Source of the DNA: Saprolegnia diclina VS20
Taxonomy: Eukaryota
Direction of reading: 5' to 3'
NCBI RefSeq assembly: GCF_000281045.1
Contig: NW_008246084.1
Span: forward strand, 263,695-295,838
DNA: 32,144 nt
This document shows, one piece after another, positions 19,464 to 31,007 of the stretch. Both the position numbers and the translations under genes were made by a program. The notes beneath the pieces were generated by a model. It worked only from the letters and a program-made list of their open reading frames with translations. It was not told the DNA's origin and searched no databases. Each line of letters starts with the position of its first letter. Position 1 is the first letter of the stretch.

Positions 19464-20914
19464 ATGCTCTGCGAAGACCTCTTTGCCAAGCGCGTGGTCA
19501 CGGTCGGCGTCAAGGTCGGCTGTCTCCTCCTCGGTGTACGTAACGACGCGGTGGTCCTCTGTCTACTACGGCGTGCACAGGTCCTTGCGGTCCTTCTCTT
19601 CTTCCTCGGCATCGGGCTCATTGTCTCGCACCACACGCAGCTCGCGCTCGGGTCCCAAATTGGCAGCTCTGGCGGCGGTACATATTCCAGTCGAAAGTCG
19701 CTCGATATCGTGACAATCCTGTCTGGGATTAGCGCTCATCTTCTTGGCGTGTCTGTACCCGATTCCTGCTGCCGCGGGCTACTATGGCGCCAAACACCAC
19801 AACAAATTCCTGCTGCTCATGGTAGTACTTTGCGATCCATGCGCAATGTTTCTCAAGGGCTGATAGCAAGCGTTCGGGCTCGGCGGGCTCATGAGCCTTC
19901 ACTTTATGATTGGCGGCGCCATCTACGGCACGACCGTCCCCTCGATCTCGTACGACGAGCAAAACTACTGCCTCGTCAACGTACCACTCATGCCTCCATC
20001 CACGTTGACCGAGTGAGGGCGTGTATTAGATCCACATGCAAAACAACGTGACACGGGCCAAGTGCATGACGTACTTCCAGGTACTACTTGTGCAAGCATG
20101 ATGACGATAATGGCGACGACCGTGCCCAGAGCGACGACTATGCTGGCCTGAGCCTCGCCTGGCAAACGTACTTTAACGAAAGCGTCGTCGACAACACGGC
20201 AGCCTCGGTGCGAAAGCGTGCCTGTTCACATTCATATCACATAGTACCGTAGGCGCTCGTCGAGCTGCAAGCAACCAGCTTTTGCTGCGGCCTCGGACCG
20301 CCGGCCAACTGCATTCCCAACGAAAACCGGTTCCCAACCAAGTTTCCCGGACCTCCCAACGTTCCTCAAACAGTCTGCGTCAACTCCAAGAGCGTGGTCT
20401 CGGCAGCTGCAATCTACACGTTCCCTCGCTCACTCTTCAAATATGTAGAGCCAATATTACCCGATAACGCCGCTCTGCTATCGCAACCAAGCGTGCCCAT
20501 ACGACCATCCGATCGGGAGCTGCGGCGTCACGGCGGTGTCGCCCGGCTCCATCGGGTACGACGACGATAGACCATGTCATTTCATTGACACTACTAGTTG
20601 CGCTGCGGCCTTCCACCAGTACATGGCGCGGCCGGTACGAGTGCGATTTAGCGACTGTCTTGACTGCAACAGACGGCGTAGGTTATGGTCATCGGGGGCT
20701 CTGTCTTGGTCGCGACCTTGCTTTTGGTACGTGTCGGTTTGCGTGCACGCTTCCACTGTAAACGCAGGTGCTATGTCTCTGTACGACGCTCGTTTTGCTA
20801 TGGAAGCGCAAGGATGAAGACACGCTGCCACCGGTCGGCTACGGCGGGTGGCGAGCATCGGCCAAAGTCTACTTGGCCTCGGATGTCCGCAAGCTGGATC
20901 GCCTTGATATTTAA
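19464..20914 (+). CDS. Tetraspanin-family protein (paralog B), many short introns
   Basis: Spliced by eye: VLAVLLFFLGIGLIV (TM1), LALIFLACLYPIPAAAGYYGAKHHNKFLLLM, loop ALVELQATSFCCGLGPPANC (CCG), CPYDHPIGSCGV, GCAAAFHQY, TM4 VMVIGGSVLVATLLL/VLCLCTTLVLLWKRKDEDTLPP...LDRLDI* (TAA 20912-20914). Confidence 0.82.
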
Positions 20915-20955
20915 ATGGATCGATTGCTAAATTAACTAGAGCACGAACCTAGTAC

Positions 20956-22986
20956 CTAATACGTCGGTAGAGGGGTTGTGCTGCGGCTCGGTGGCGGCGA
21001 CTCATCTGGCGGCCGCCAAAACGGTGCCGGGCCGCTGAGGCATTTGGACAGCTTTTTCGGCTGCCGCCGCTTCTCGACGGACAGTGCCCCGCTGGATTTT
21101 GGTCGATGCTTGGGCATCGCTAGCTCCACTACCCGCGCGCTCGCCTCACGAACGTCGTTGAGCTCCTTGCGCGGTCGACTGCTGCGGTGGCGCCGAGCCT
21201 CATCTAGCGTTTGGTACATGGTGCAGCAGTCAGCGCAGACGCGGACGCTGTTGTAGAGATCCTCCATGGGCAGTGTGGTCTCCAGCGCGGGTCCTAGAAC
21301 CAGTCACTTGGTGAACAAGCGATCCAACGGCGTCGCAAACCTACCGTGATTGGAAAACCACTGGAGCTCTTCTAGCACCGTGTTGCGTCGCGAAAGGAGC
21401 TTCTCAATGGTTTCAATCTTCTCGATCGACGAATACGACTGGGCGAGGGCCACCACAAGTGCTTGGTTGGTGGCGCCCGACTGATACCTTGTCGTTGTGC
21501 CTTGGGCGCGCATGAGCAGGTGCGACTCGTGGTCCGCCCACACTATGGACTACTCCCGTCCAATATAGCATAAATCTACCCCGATATTGGAGTCGAGAGG
21601 CGTACCTTTTTGGCCACAGCGTACGTCGTCTCGTCGTCACCGTTGGGACAAGAACCCGGTGGATGCTCCATACAAAAGGCGCCCGGACACGAGAAGAGCC
21701 GTCGAGGCTAGTGCATGAAGAAGTCGTATGTTGGGCTCAGTGCCAGGATGGCTCGTACCGAGACGACGGGCTTGGACGCGAGCGCTTTTGCCGTTCCTTG
21801 GGGTGGGTTGCGGACGTCCGAAGCATAGACAATCTAGCGATTGCGTTAACTGGCATATAGGGTTCGTCATCGCACCTCGGCAACGCGCACAAGGACAAGG
21901 TCGTCGCTGGCCGTCAGGACAAAGTCGGTTTGGATGTGGACAACTTGGTGCGATGACGACGCCTACGTCATCGTTCATCCCGCTTCAAAATACAACCATA
22001 GCTAAAACATAGCAAAAGGCACAAGAATTTTGTGTGACAGTCGGACCTCGATCGCGTGGACGACGCGCATGGTCAGCTCTTGCACCAATTGGTTGCAAGG
22101 CGACGCGAGCTCCTTGACGCAGTGCAGCATGTGATGCTCGAGCGGGAATTGAAGCCCCTTCTCATCTGGTGTCCTACAGCCCAAAAGAGTTCGATTCGAT
22201 CTTGGACGTATTCGTCGCGTACAGCTCCGTGCCAAAAAAGAACTGCGGCGGGCGGTAAAAGCGAACATAGGTCTGGAGACGCGTCGCCGCGCGGCTGAAG
22301 CGGCACGCGTGCGTCGCACTCGCAGGCCCAAACTAGTGCATCGTCGATCGTCGTGTCCTGACAACTCGAAACACGCACCTTGCCAGCGACGTGGCGCGTC
22401 ACGAAGCGCGTCACCATCCACTCGCGCGCGTTCGGGTTGCACAAAGTCGCGTTGAACTCCAAGTCGTGCAGGATGCGGAAGGTCGTCTCGCCATTCTCGC
22501 GCACCTGCGATGCAAGTCGCGTCAATCGCAAAAGAGACTACCTACTTGGTGCAGAAGAGCGAGCTTCCGGCTTACGTTGGACTCGAGACGGAGACACGAC
22601 TTGACAAACGCGCGCTTGATCGGGATGCGGTGCAGGTCCGCGCTGCTTTTCGCGACGACACCCTACGTACTCTCTGCTGACATTCCACTTGTGGGCCGCC
22701 ATGTACGTGGTCGCGGTAGCCTGTAAACCAGCGCACGACCTCGCCGTTCTCGACGACGAGCGTGTCGGCAAGGTCCAGCGCCGCGCTAGTCGCATGTTAT
22801 TATCTTCCTCATGCCAGCACGAACGTGGCTCTACCGAGCAGTACAAAGGTGCTCGAGCGTCCTACACATGGCCATGCAAGATAGTTGAACACTATGGAAA
22901 GCAGTGTTCTACTCTGCAAAGCGGCGGCGTTGGAGGTCGTGGTCCTTGGAGAGGCGTTGCACGATGCGTGCTTGCGTATCGTGCAT
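20956..22986 (-). CDS. Uncharacterised multi-exon protein with Cys-pair motifs; boundaries approximate
   Basis: Coding-like exons flanked by GT/AG: MHDTQARIVQRLSKDHDLQRRRFA, DLADTLVVENGEVVRWFT, GVVAKSSADLHRIPIKRAFVK, VRENGETTFRILHDLEF, MLHCVKELASPCNQLVQELTMRVVHAIE, CPCARC, LYNSVRVCADCCTMY...PLPTY*. Confidence 0.55.
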
Positions 22987-23107
22987 GCGAATGCGTTAAA
23001 ATAGAATGTGGAAACCGGCTTGTCCGATGGACACTGCTGCACTGTGCAAATGTGTACAAATTAGCGCTAGGAATCATAGATATCTCTATTCTTTATACAT
23101 GTTATTC

Positions 23108-24655
23108 TTATAAGCAGAGCGTACGGCGTTTCTTGGACGAGACCTTTTTGGCCTTGCCCTTGGCCTTGCGCGGCTGCGGCGGCGGGACCTTGGGCTTCTT
23201 GGCCTTGGGCTGGACATCGCGAACCGGCGCGACCTTGACGTCCCGCATGAGCTGGATGAGCTCCTTCGGGACGTCCATGTCGGCGGCCTTGAGCATCGCC
23301 GGAATCTTGCGCGCAAAGGTGATGTCATAGGCGGTCAGTAGCGTCACGGCCACACCGCGCTCGCCGGCGCGGCCCGTGCGACCGACGCGGTGCACGAACG
23401 TCTCGATGCTCTCGGGCACGTCATAGTTGACGACGAGGCCGACGTCCTTGACGTCCAAACCGCGCGCCGCAACATCGGTGGCAAAGAGCGTCATGACCGT
23501 GCCCTTCTTGAAGGCATTCATGGTCATTGTGCGCTCGCTCTGGAGCTTGTCGCCGTGCACGCACCCCACCGTCGGGTCGGCGTAGAACGTCGCGAGCTTG
23601 TCGCACTCGACCTTGGTGCGGCAAAATACGATTGCCTTCATCGACGCGTCAATGTCGAGCGCTTGCTTGAGCTTGGCCATCTTGTCGGCTTCGGATGTGC
23701 AGATGAGAAAGTGCTGCGCAATGTCGCGGTTGAGCTGCGGCGACGACGTCGACCCGATCGTCACGTGGACAGGCAAGGTCATGTAGTTGGCAGCCAGCGT
23801 CTGCATCGCGACGGGCCACGTCGCACTGAAGAGCAGCGTCTGGCGCGTCGACGGCAGGAGCTTCATGAGGTGGCGGATCTGGTCTTCAAATCCGAGCTCC
23901 AGCATCTTGTCGGCTTCGTCGAGGACCACGATTTCGACCTTGTCCAAGCCAAGGTGGCCACTGCTCACAAAGTCTCGCAGCCGACCGGGCGTCGCGACAA
24001 GCACGTCGACGCCGTGGAGGTCGAGCGCCTCGACCTGCTCCTTCGTGGACGCACCACCAAAGATGCACACGATGCGCAGCGGGTACGGCTTGAGCAGCTT
24101 CTTCGCTTCGCTCTGGATCTGCATGGCGAGCTCGCGTGTCGGCACGAGGATCACGAGGCGCGGGTCTTTGGGCTTGACCGCGAACGCATACTTCTTCTTC
24201 GTGCGCTGCACGTGCTTCTTGGGCGCCGTGAGCGCGTGGAACGACGGCAGAAGGTACGCGAGCGTCTTACCAGACCCGGTCTTGGCGATCGAAATCAAAT
24301 CTTGTTTGGCGAGCACGATGGGCCACGACTGCGCTTGCGTCGGGGTCGGCGTGCCAAAGCCACTCGAAGTCAAATGCGCCACCGCCGCCGATGAGAACGG
24401 CGTCGACTCGAGCGCACGCATGGCGGCAGGCGCTTTGTACTCGACGCCCGGCCCCACGATCGAGATGTGCTGCTGCTGCTGCCAGCGGGCGTTCGCATCC
24501 AGCGGCCCAGCGTTCGATGCGACAACTTCAAAGCCATCTTCGTCGTCATTATCCGAGGCGGCGGTGTCGCTCTCATGGGCGGCTGGGGCGACCTCGAAGC
24601 TGCTGTCGTCGCTCTCGCTGCCGGGCGCGTCGACGGCTTTGCGCTTGCCTGCCAT
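23108..24655 (-). CDS. DEAD-box RNA helicase (Dbp2/Dbp3-like), intronless
   Basis: Q motif GFGTPTPTQAQSWP, AKTGSGKT, PTRELA, TPGRL, DEAD, SAT, TDVAARGLD, HRVGRTGRAG; acidic N-terminus, Lys-rich tail; ATG at 24655 (MAGKRKA). Confidence 0.95.
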   Translation of the reverse strand: MAGKRKAVDAPGSESDDSSFEVAPAAHESDTAASDNDDEDGFEVVASNAGPLDANARWQQQQHISIVGPGVEYKAPAAMRALESTPFSSAAVAHLTSSGFGTPTPTQAQSWPIVLAKQDLISIAKTGSGKTLAYLLPSFHALTAPKKHVQRTKKKYAFAVKPKDPRLVILVPTRELAMQIQSEAKKLLKPYPLRIVCIFGGASTKEQVEALDLHGVDVLVATPGRLRDFVSSGHLGLDKVEIVVLDEADKMLELGFEDQIRHLMKLLPSTRQTLLFSATWPVAMQTLAANYMTLPVHVTIGSTSSPQLNRDIAQHFLICTSEADKMAKLKQALDIDASMKAIVFCRTKVECDKLATFYADPTVGCVHGDKLQSERTMTMNAFKKGTVMTLFATDVAARGLDVKDVGLVVNYDVPESIETFVHRVGRTGRAGERGVAVTLLTAYDITFARKIPAMLKAADMDVPKELIQLMRDVKVAPVRDVQPKAKKPKVPPPQPRKAKGKAKKVSSKKRRTLCL

Positions 24656-24856
24656 CTCGCTGCCACCCGAAAAAAGGTTGTTTGATACGCTTCCTCGCAT
24701 CTGATTGGCTATTGCACGCGAACCAATCACCGCACAGATGGCAATCGACCAATCATCACCGAAACCGTTTTCAAGTGCACATAAACGACTTTTTCCAGCC
24801 AATCCCAGAACGACCGTGAGGCGTTTCTTGTATCCGACAGGTTTCGAATCTTTGCG
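24656..24856. promoter_or_regulatory. Compact bidirectional promoter with several CCAAT boxes
   Basis: About 200 bp between divergent ATGs (24655 and 24857); TCTGATTGGCT (~24700), AACCAATCA (~24721), GACCAATCA (~24747), GCCAATC (~24798). Confidence 0.6.
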
Positions 24857-26010
24857 ATGGACGACGCCAACCTGGCACCGGCCATGGCAGACCTCGAGCA
24901 GCTCTACTTGCTGGGCAAAGGCGGCTGTGGCCGGTAGTTACCTCTTGCATGGCACAGCTAGTGACTTGCTACTAGGGTCTACAAGTGCAGAGACAGGCGA
25001 ACAGGCCACGACTTTGGTACGAACGTCGTCCTCTTAACTCGTCCGTGCCAATGAGCCGCGCAACTAGCTGTAAAAGAAATCGAAATCGCCGGTCGCGAAG
25101 ACCGCTGCAAGCTCGAAGCCGACGCCATGGGTCCGCTCCTCGTGCGTTCTGTGCGCTCGGCGACCACGATGACGCTCGTCATGCGCTACTTGCCTGGCGA
25201 GCCGCTCTACAAGTGTCTCTGGAGCTGCACGCGTTTCTCGGAAGGCTTTGCCAAAGCCTGCGCCGCTCAAATCGCAGCAGCTATCGTCGAGCTACACGGT
25301 CGCGGCTACATGCACCGCGACATCAAGAGCGGCAACGTGCTCTTGACGCGCGATGGCCACTGCCACCTCGTCGACTTTGGCCTCGCCGCCCCGTCCGCCA
25401 CACGTGCCACTGCCAAGTGCGGCACGCACTACACCATGGCACCCGAGATCTTTGTTGGCGACGGCTACGATGCTGCGGTCGATTGGTGGTGGGTCTTTTC
25501 CTTCATTTTTCCTTTTCACTTTGGTCCTTCTAGGGCGTTTGGTGTCCTCTTGTTTGAGATGGTTCACGGGGCACCACCATGGCCGTACAAGAGCGACGGA
25601 AGCGCGCTACCCGCGTACGCTGCTCGCATGCGCGCGACGGCCGCGCACCTCCCGTGGACGAGCGACGTGCCTGTCAGCGCCGATCTCCAGCATTTGATAT
25701 CGTACGCTCTAATACCTTGTTCTACCTCGCAATGTAATTCTGTATGCTAGAGGCTTACTGCAAGTGGATCCAGCCATGCGCTTGGGCCCCTCGATTCAAT
25801 CGCATCCGTGGTTTCAGGACGTGGTCTGGGCGGTACACGCCGCTACCCTAAACCTAGCCTACCCCTAATGCAGATTGCCTGTAGGAGCATCTCGCGGCGT
25901 CAGGCCCGGAGCTCACGATGGGGTTCCAGCAGGTCGATGGCGCGCAGCAAGGCGTCGACAGCGCCGAGAGCATCACGTCGGCTGAGAACTTGCAGTTTGC
26001 GGGCTTTTAG
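24857..26010 (+). CDS. AGC-like Ser/Thr protein kinase, multi-exon
   Basis: LLGKGGCG/RVYKC, AVKEI, LVMRYLPGEPL, HRDIKSGN, LVDFGLA, CGTHYTMAPE, YDAAVDWW/AFGVLLFEM, HPWFQD, C-terminal LQFAGF* (FxxF as in PKA-type tails). Confidence 0.85.
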
Positions 26011-26062
26011 GGTATAATCGCATGGCAGTAGAGTTGAGTTGAGATAGACAAAAAACGAGATC

Positions 26063-27576
26063 TTAGTTGTTCCAGCTCAGGTCGACGCCGCGATGGCCAA
26101 GGTACTTGCGGATGAGCGTGTACGTGACAAATGGAAAGAGCACGCAGAAACCAAAGATGCTCCAAAAGTAGTAGTCGGCCTCTTCGATCGACGAGCTGAG
26201 GTTCATGCCAAAGCTTCCGACGATGAACGTCGGGATAGCCATGAGCGTCGTGCACAGCGTCAGCGTCAAATCGACCGTGAGCAAGTAGTTTCGCTTCGTG
26301 TCGAGCTTGAGCATCACCATCGACTCGGTCGTCTGAATGTTGCTCAAGAGCAGTGCGATCCGCGACTGCGTCCCATAAATGTCCTACCAACCGCGTAATT
26401 ACTGTACAAAAAGCAAGGAAATCATACCTGGAGGTACACTTCGAGGAGCGACTCGGCGTCTTCTGCATCAAAGCTCATCACGTCCATCCCAGGCGACGCA
26501 TGCAGCTTGGTCAAGTACAACATGTGCACGTCTTCGTCCGTCTCGAGGAGTTCCATGAGCGCTCGCCGGATGCCATTCACCTACGACGAAGACGATAGGC
26601 AACGCAAAGATGCAAACACTGCTAATACCTGCGCCTCAAGCTCGTGGAGCGAGTTCTTGATGTACCGGAGCGCCTCAAGCTCGGTCGTGACCAGTCCGTG
26701 CTTGAGCATCTTGTCGACGACCGCGGTTGCTTGGGGCGCGATCTTGGCCGCCGCGCTCGCGACGAGCCTACACCAAGCTCAAACGTTGCACACGTCTAGC
26801 GATTCTACATACTTGCAGATGGTCGCAAGGACCGCTTCGAGCGCGCTAGCACAATTGATACGTTCGACGACCTCAAACTCAATCTCAAAAACGTACGCAA
26901 ACTCGAACGCCATGGCGTCGGCATTGACGTGCTCTTGAAAATTCGTTTTGAGCAGCGACACGAGGCTGTCGGCGCCGTCGGGCAGGAAGACGAAGCACGC
27001 ATCGCGCAGGATGACGACGCGCAGCGGATCTATCGTGTCGTTTAAGGTGTAGACTGAAATCATGGAGAATATTGTCGTGCGGATTACCGGCATTGAGCAA
27101 AATGGCCTGGCGACGCATCGTGAACGACGGCTCGACCGCGATCGCAAACGCATTGTCGAGCTTGCGGATATCGCGCATGTGAATGGCCTAGGCACAGGAT
27201 GGTGCTCAGCCTCGGTACCACCAACCATTTTTCTACTGGAATCTCAGTCGCCAGCGACCCCTGGCGCTCAATGCTCTACGCCAAATCGTCTCGATGAGCG
27301 CTGAAACAAGGCCAAGATACGCACACAGTGGCCGCGCGCCGCTTCCTGGACGGTCTTGTAGACGTCTTGGCGGCTCAGCTCGACAAAGCTCGAGCTGCCC
27401 GTCGCGTCAAAGCGGAGCGCCTACGCAGTATTCGTGCAGAAATCGAGGCAAGGACAGAAAGGACGGACGAGGCGCTTGCCGTGGATCGACGTCGCGGCCG
27501 AGCTCTCGTACGTGAGGTCGTACGGCCGCGCGAGGAGCGCTTCCGGCGCCAAGTAGACGTCGAGGGACTTGGCCAT
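26063..27576 (-). CDS. MRS2/CorA-family Mg2+ transporter, multi-exon
   Basis: MRDIRKLD, RRQAILLN, PLRVVILRDACFVF, AFEF/ALEAVLATI, LKLDTKRNYLL, FIVGSFGMNL (GMN signature) followed by a second TM; start MAKSLDVY at 27576 inferred. Confidence 0.92.
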
Positions 27577-28079
27577 TTTCGCAACTGGCACAAAGCTGCT
27601 GAAACATGAGCCACCATATGGTATTCCACCGCGTGCGCCAGGCCCTTTTTTGAGTCCGTGGCGCGAGACGGTGGGCGCTAGTACCGGTAGCTAGTAGTAC
27701 GAGCTGGCGCGACGATGGTGCGCTGGACAGGCAGCATTACTACAGAGAGTGCAAGCCGCCAGGAGGCCATTTGCCAGTGTCGAGCAGGCAGGATGGCTGC
27801 TGTCGTGGCGGCGGAGGTGCAGGGCTGGTGATGTCGTGGAGGTGGATAGTTCGGGACCTCGTGGGACGGGCGATGACGTGGTCTGCAGCCACGCCATCAA
27901 GCACGCGTTTCGAGAGTTTATAGAATGGACGACATGTCTAACAAAAAGTTCTAGTTCATGATACGAGTCTAACTTAGTTTGAGAAAGAATGATAGACGAT
28001 ATTTCACGTAGATCGAAGGCCTGTTGGAGCAGCCATCTTGCGCTGCGCGTATAAATAGCGCACTTGGCAACGACATCTC

Positions 28080-29357
28080 ATGGCGTCGACCGTCGAAGCG
28101 CTCAAGACGAAGCTCAGCAGCGTGCTGCCGACGCCCAACAAGACCCCGGACGTCGCCTTTGAGTCGCTCACCGAGGCATCGGATGGCGACAGTGTCGAGG
28201 CGCCGCCAGTGCCGGCCCCGAGCCCCGAGTCGTCCCTGCTTCAAATCAAGTTTGAGCGCGTCGGGCTCTTGCTTCAGGTCGTCGGTGCGTGCTGCGTCAC
28301 GTTGGTGGCAGGTGCGTCATCATCGTCATTTGCTCTGTGGATCTATCCCAAACGGCGTGGACTAGGCATGACCAAGCACGGTGCCACGTCCACGCCCGTC
28401 GACACGATGGTGTTTTGGCAGTCCTTTCTGAGCATGGCCGTCGGCGTGGTAGCGATATGACAATATTTTTGTGTTTTTACGATGACACAATATTGTCTAG
28501 GCGCTGCAAAACCATTTTCGGCTGCCCATTCTGGACATTGATGGCATTAGCCGCTCGCACGTGTTTGCACTTGGCGGTCTTCAGTACCTCGTCTGCGCCG
28601 TCTCGAGCTATGCGTATGCGACGTTTGAGCTCACGGACGCAACGATCCTCCTCCTCGCGTCGAGTCTGCTCACGGGCCTCGTGGTGCGTCATTCACCTTC
28701 ATTTTTGAGATTTTTTGCGTCTTTGACATTGAGTTCTGTCCTTTTTGACATTGAATTTGACAGGCAACCAAAGTGCTTGTGCAGCACGTGCATGACCGTC
28801 GGGACATGGTGTGCAGCGCCGGCGCGCTCCTCGCCCTTGTCTTTGTGCAGGCACCGGACGCCGCGCATGAATTCTCGTGGGCGATCGGTGGTGCCTGCGG
28901 TCTCGGGCTGTACTACGGCGTGCTCTTCAAGCTCCACGAAGCGCCGATGCTCTCTGTCTACTCGCACATGAGCGCTGTGAGCTGCGGCCTTGCGCTGCTC
29001 AAATTGCTCTTGTTTAGCTCGGTACGTCGTCGTCGCGCCACCTCGGCCTTGCTACAACCCATTGTGTAGGACCATATTTTCGAAGGCCACGGCGTGCTGC
29101 TGGGGCTCATGGGCATTCTCCGGGCGCTCGGACAGCTCGCGCTGCTCCGCGGCTACCAGTTTGAACGTAACCCGATCGCGGCCGCCATGGTCTTCTTCAA
29201 AGTCGCATGGACCATCCTCTTGGACTCGATCATGGTCGACGTGATCCACATGCACACAATGATGGGCTGCCTCGTGCTCTGCGTCGCAACTGGCATTCTC
29301 CTCGGAAAGCGACCACTAGGGCCACCACTGCCAGCCGCCCCCGTTGCAAGCTCCTAA
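28080..29357 (+). CDS. Drug/metabolite transporter (EamA/DMT) family protein, divergent copy, multi-exon
   Basis: Multi-TM hydrophobic exons; MVFWQSFL, YAYATFELTDATILL, GQLALLRGYQFERNPIAAAMVFFKVAWTILLD are colinear with the neighbouring EamA gene. Confidence 0.7.
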
Positions 29358-29745
29358 GAAGCTCTTGATACACGTCGAGTGCACTCTATCGTTCGTGGCT
29401 TTCACTAGATGTTGATGGCACAACTGCACTACAGACGGCGTCGTTCAGTGGACGACGAGCTGGATGTTAGGAGGTTGAAGGTCCTCGCAATACCAGCGAA
29501 CAGGACCAGTGAACAGTACCATTCGCAGGGTGCATTTGGTGCCGGGATCGAACCCATGTCTGGAGGGGCCAACTAGTGGTGTTGCCAGCAACCTCGACTG
29601 TATAAAATCCTAATTCTCTATGGTTGGGGCGCGTGTCGCACATGCGTGAGAAGGGAAAGGACGAGCATTCGTTTCACTTCTCCAAGGATACGACCATTGA
29701 AACGCTAGAGTTCTGACTCCGTTTCGAGACTTCAATCCACGCGAT

Positions 29746-31007
29746 ATGCCGACCTCGGCCATCGTGCACCCCGACACCGACGCCGAGCCCCTCTTGCTCG
29801 CGACCGACGGCATACAGCAGGAGAGCAAGCCCCTTCGCGTTCTTCGGCGCCTCGCCAAGCGGCGTCAAGCCCTCCGCGAGAGGTATGGCAAGTTCTTTGG
29901 CTTTGGCATGATCATCGGCGGCAATGTTGCGCTGAGTCTCATGTCGGTACGTCCTCAGTGTGTTGCAACACAAGGACTTCCGATGGGACTGCGTAGGTGC
30001 TCATCAAGTTTTCGTCGCGCTTTCTCTACGCGGATGAGATTGTGTTTTGGCGGTCGTCGACCGCACTCGTTATGAACGTGGTACATAACGTTTTCATTTT
30101 ATATAGTCACTATCCACTACGATCATAGGCCGTCCAGCTCTACCTCCAAATCCCAATTCTGGCGGTCGACCCGGCCTTGATGAAGCTTTTGAGCATTCGC
30201 GTTGCTATTGGCTACACGGCCATGACCATGTCCTTTTACGCCTACTCGAAAATGGTGCTTTCCGAGGCGTCCGTCATCATCTTCACGGCGCCCATCATCA
30301 CGTGTGTGCTGGTACGTTCACTTGTAAAATTGATGAAAAATTGATGAAAATTGATGAAAAATTGATGGAAAAATGACAAAAATGGCTATGAAATAGAGTG
30401 TCTGTCTCCTTGGCGAAAAGATCGACGTCGTCGGCGTTCTCTGCGTCTTGGTGTCGTTTGCCGGTGTCATTTGCGTGGCGCGACCGGCGTTTGTCTTTGG
30501 CATTCACGCCACCTCGTCCGAGGCACCGCCGCTTGCGATGCTCTGCGCTGTGCTAACCGCCGTATGCGTTGGCCTCATCAACATCATCATTCGCATGCTC
30601 CAGAGCATGAACACGTGGACGCTCGTGACATATTTTTTGCTCACGTGCACGCTCGGGTCGCTGACAAAAATTGCGCTTTTTGGAACGGTGCGAGGACAAC
30701 TTGTCTTATGTGTGTGCGACACTATAGTTGAAGCGACTAGGGACTGTACGTGCCGCAAACCACTGACGAGGCGGGGATTGTACTTGCGATCGGCTTTTTC
30801 GGCTGCATCGGTCAGCTCATGATCACAAAGGGACTCCAAATCGAAAAGGCCGGCATTGCCTCTGTGCTGCAGTACCTCAACTTGCTCTGCGTGATGCTAT
30901 GGGACGTGACGCTGCTCGGCGAAGCACTTCATATGTGGAGCATCCTCGGCGCGTCGATCATTTGCCTCAGTGCGTCGGTGATTGCCTATCGCAAGGCAAA
31001 AGCATAA
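29746..31007 (+). CDS. Drug/metabolite transporter (EamA/DMT, SLC35G-like), multi-exon
   Basis: EIVFWRS, FYAYSKMVLSEASVIIFTAPIITCVL/SVCLLGEKI, GVICVARPAFVFG, GQLMITKGLQIEKAGIASVLQYLNLLCVMLWDVTLLGE...SILGASII. Confidence 0.88.
30326..30375. repeat. Intronic minisatellite (AAATTGATGA[A]) x about 4-5
   Basis: aaaattgatgaaaaattgatgaaaattgatgaaaaattgatggaaaaatgac inside intron 30312-30396 of the EamA gene. Confidence 0.85.

Noticed and set aside
8218..31007. Idea of a metal/transport gene cluster (MCO-ZIP, MRS2, two DMTs)
   Set aside because: The genes are separated by unrelated housekeeping genes, with no shared regulatory motif seen.
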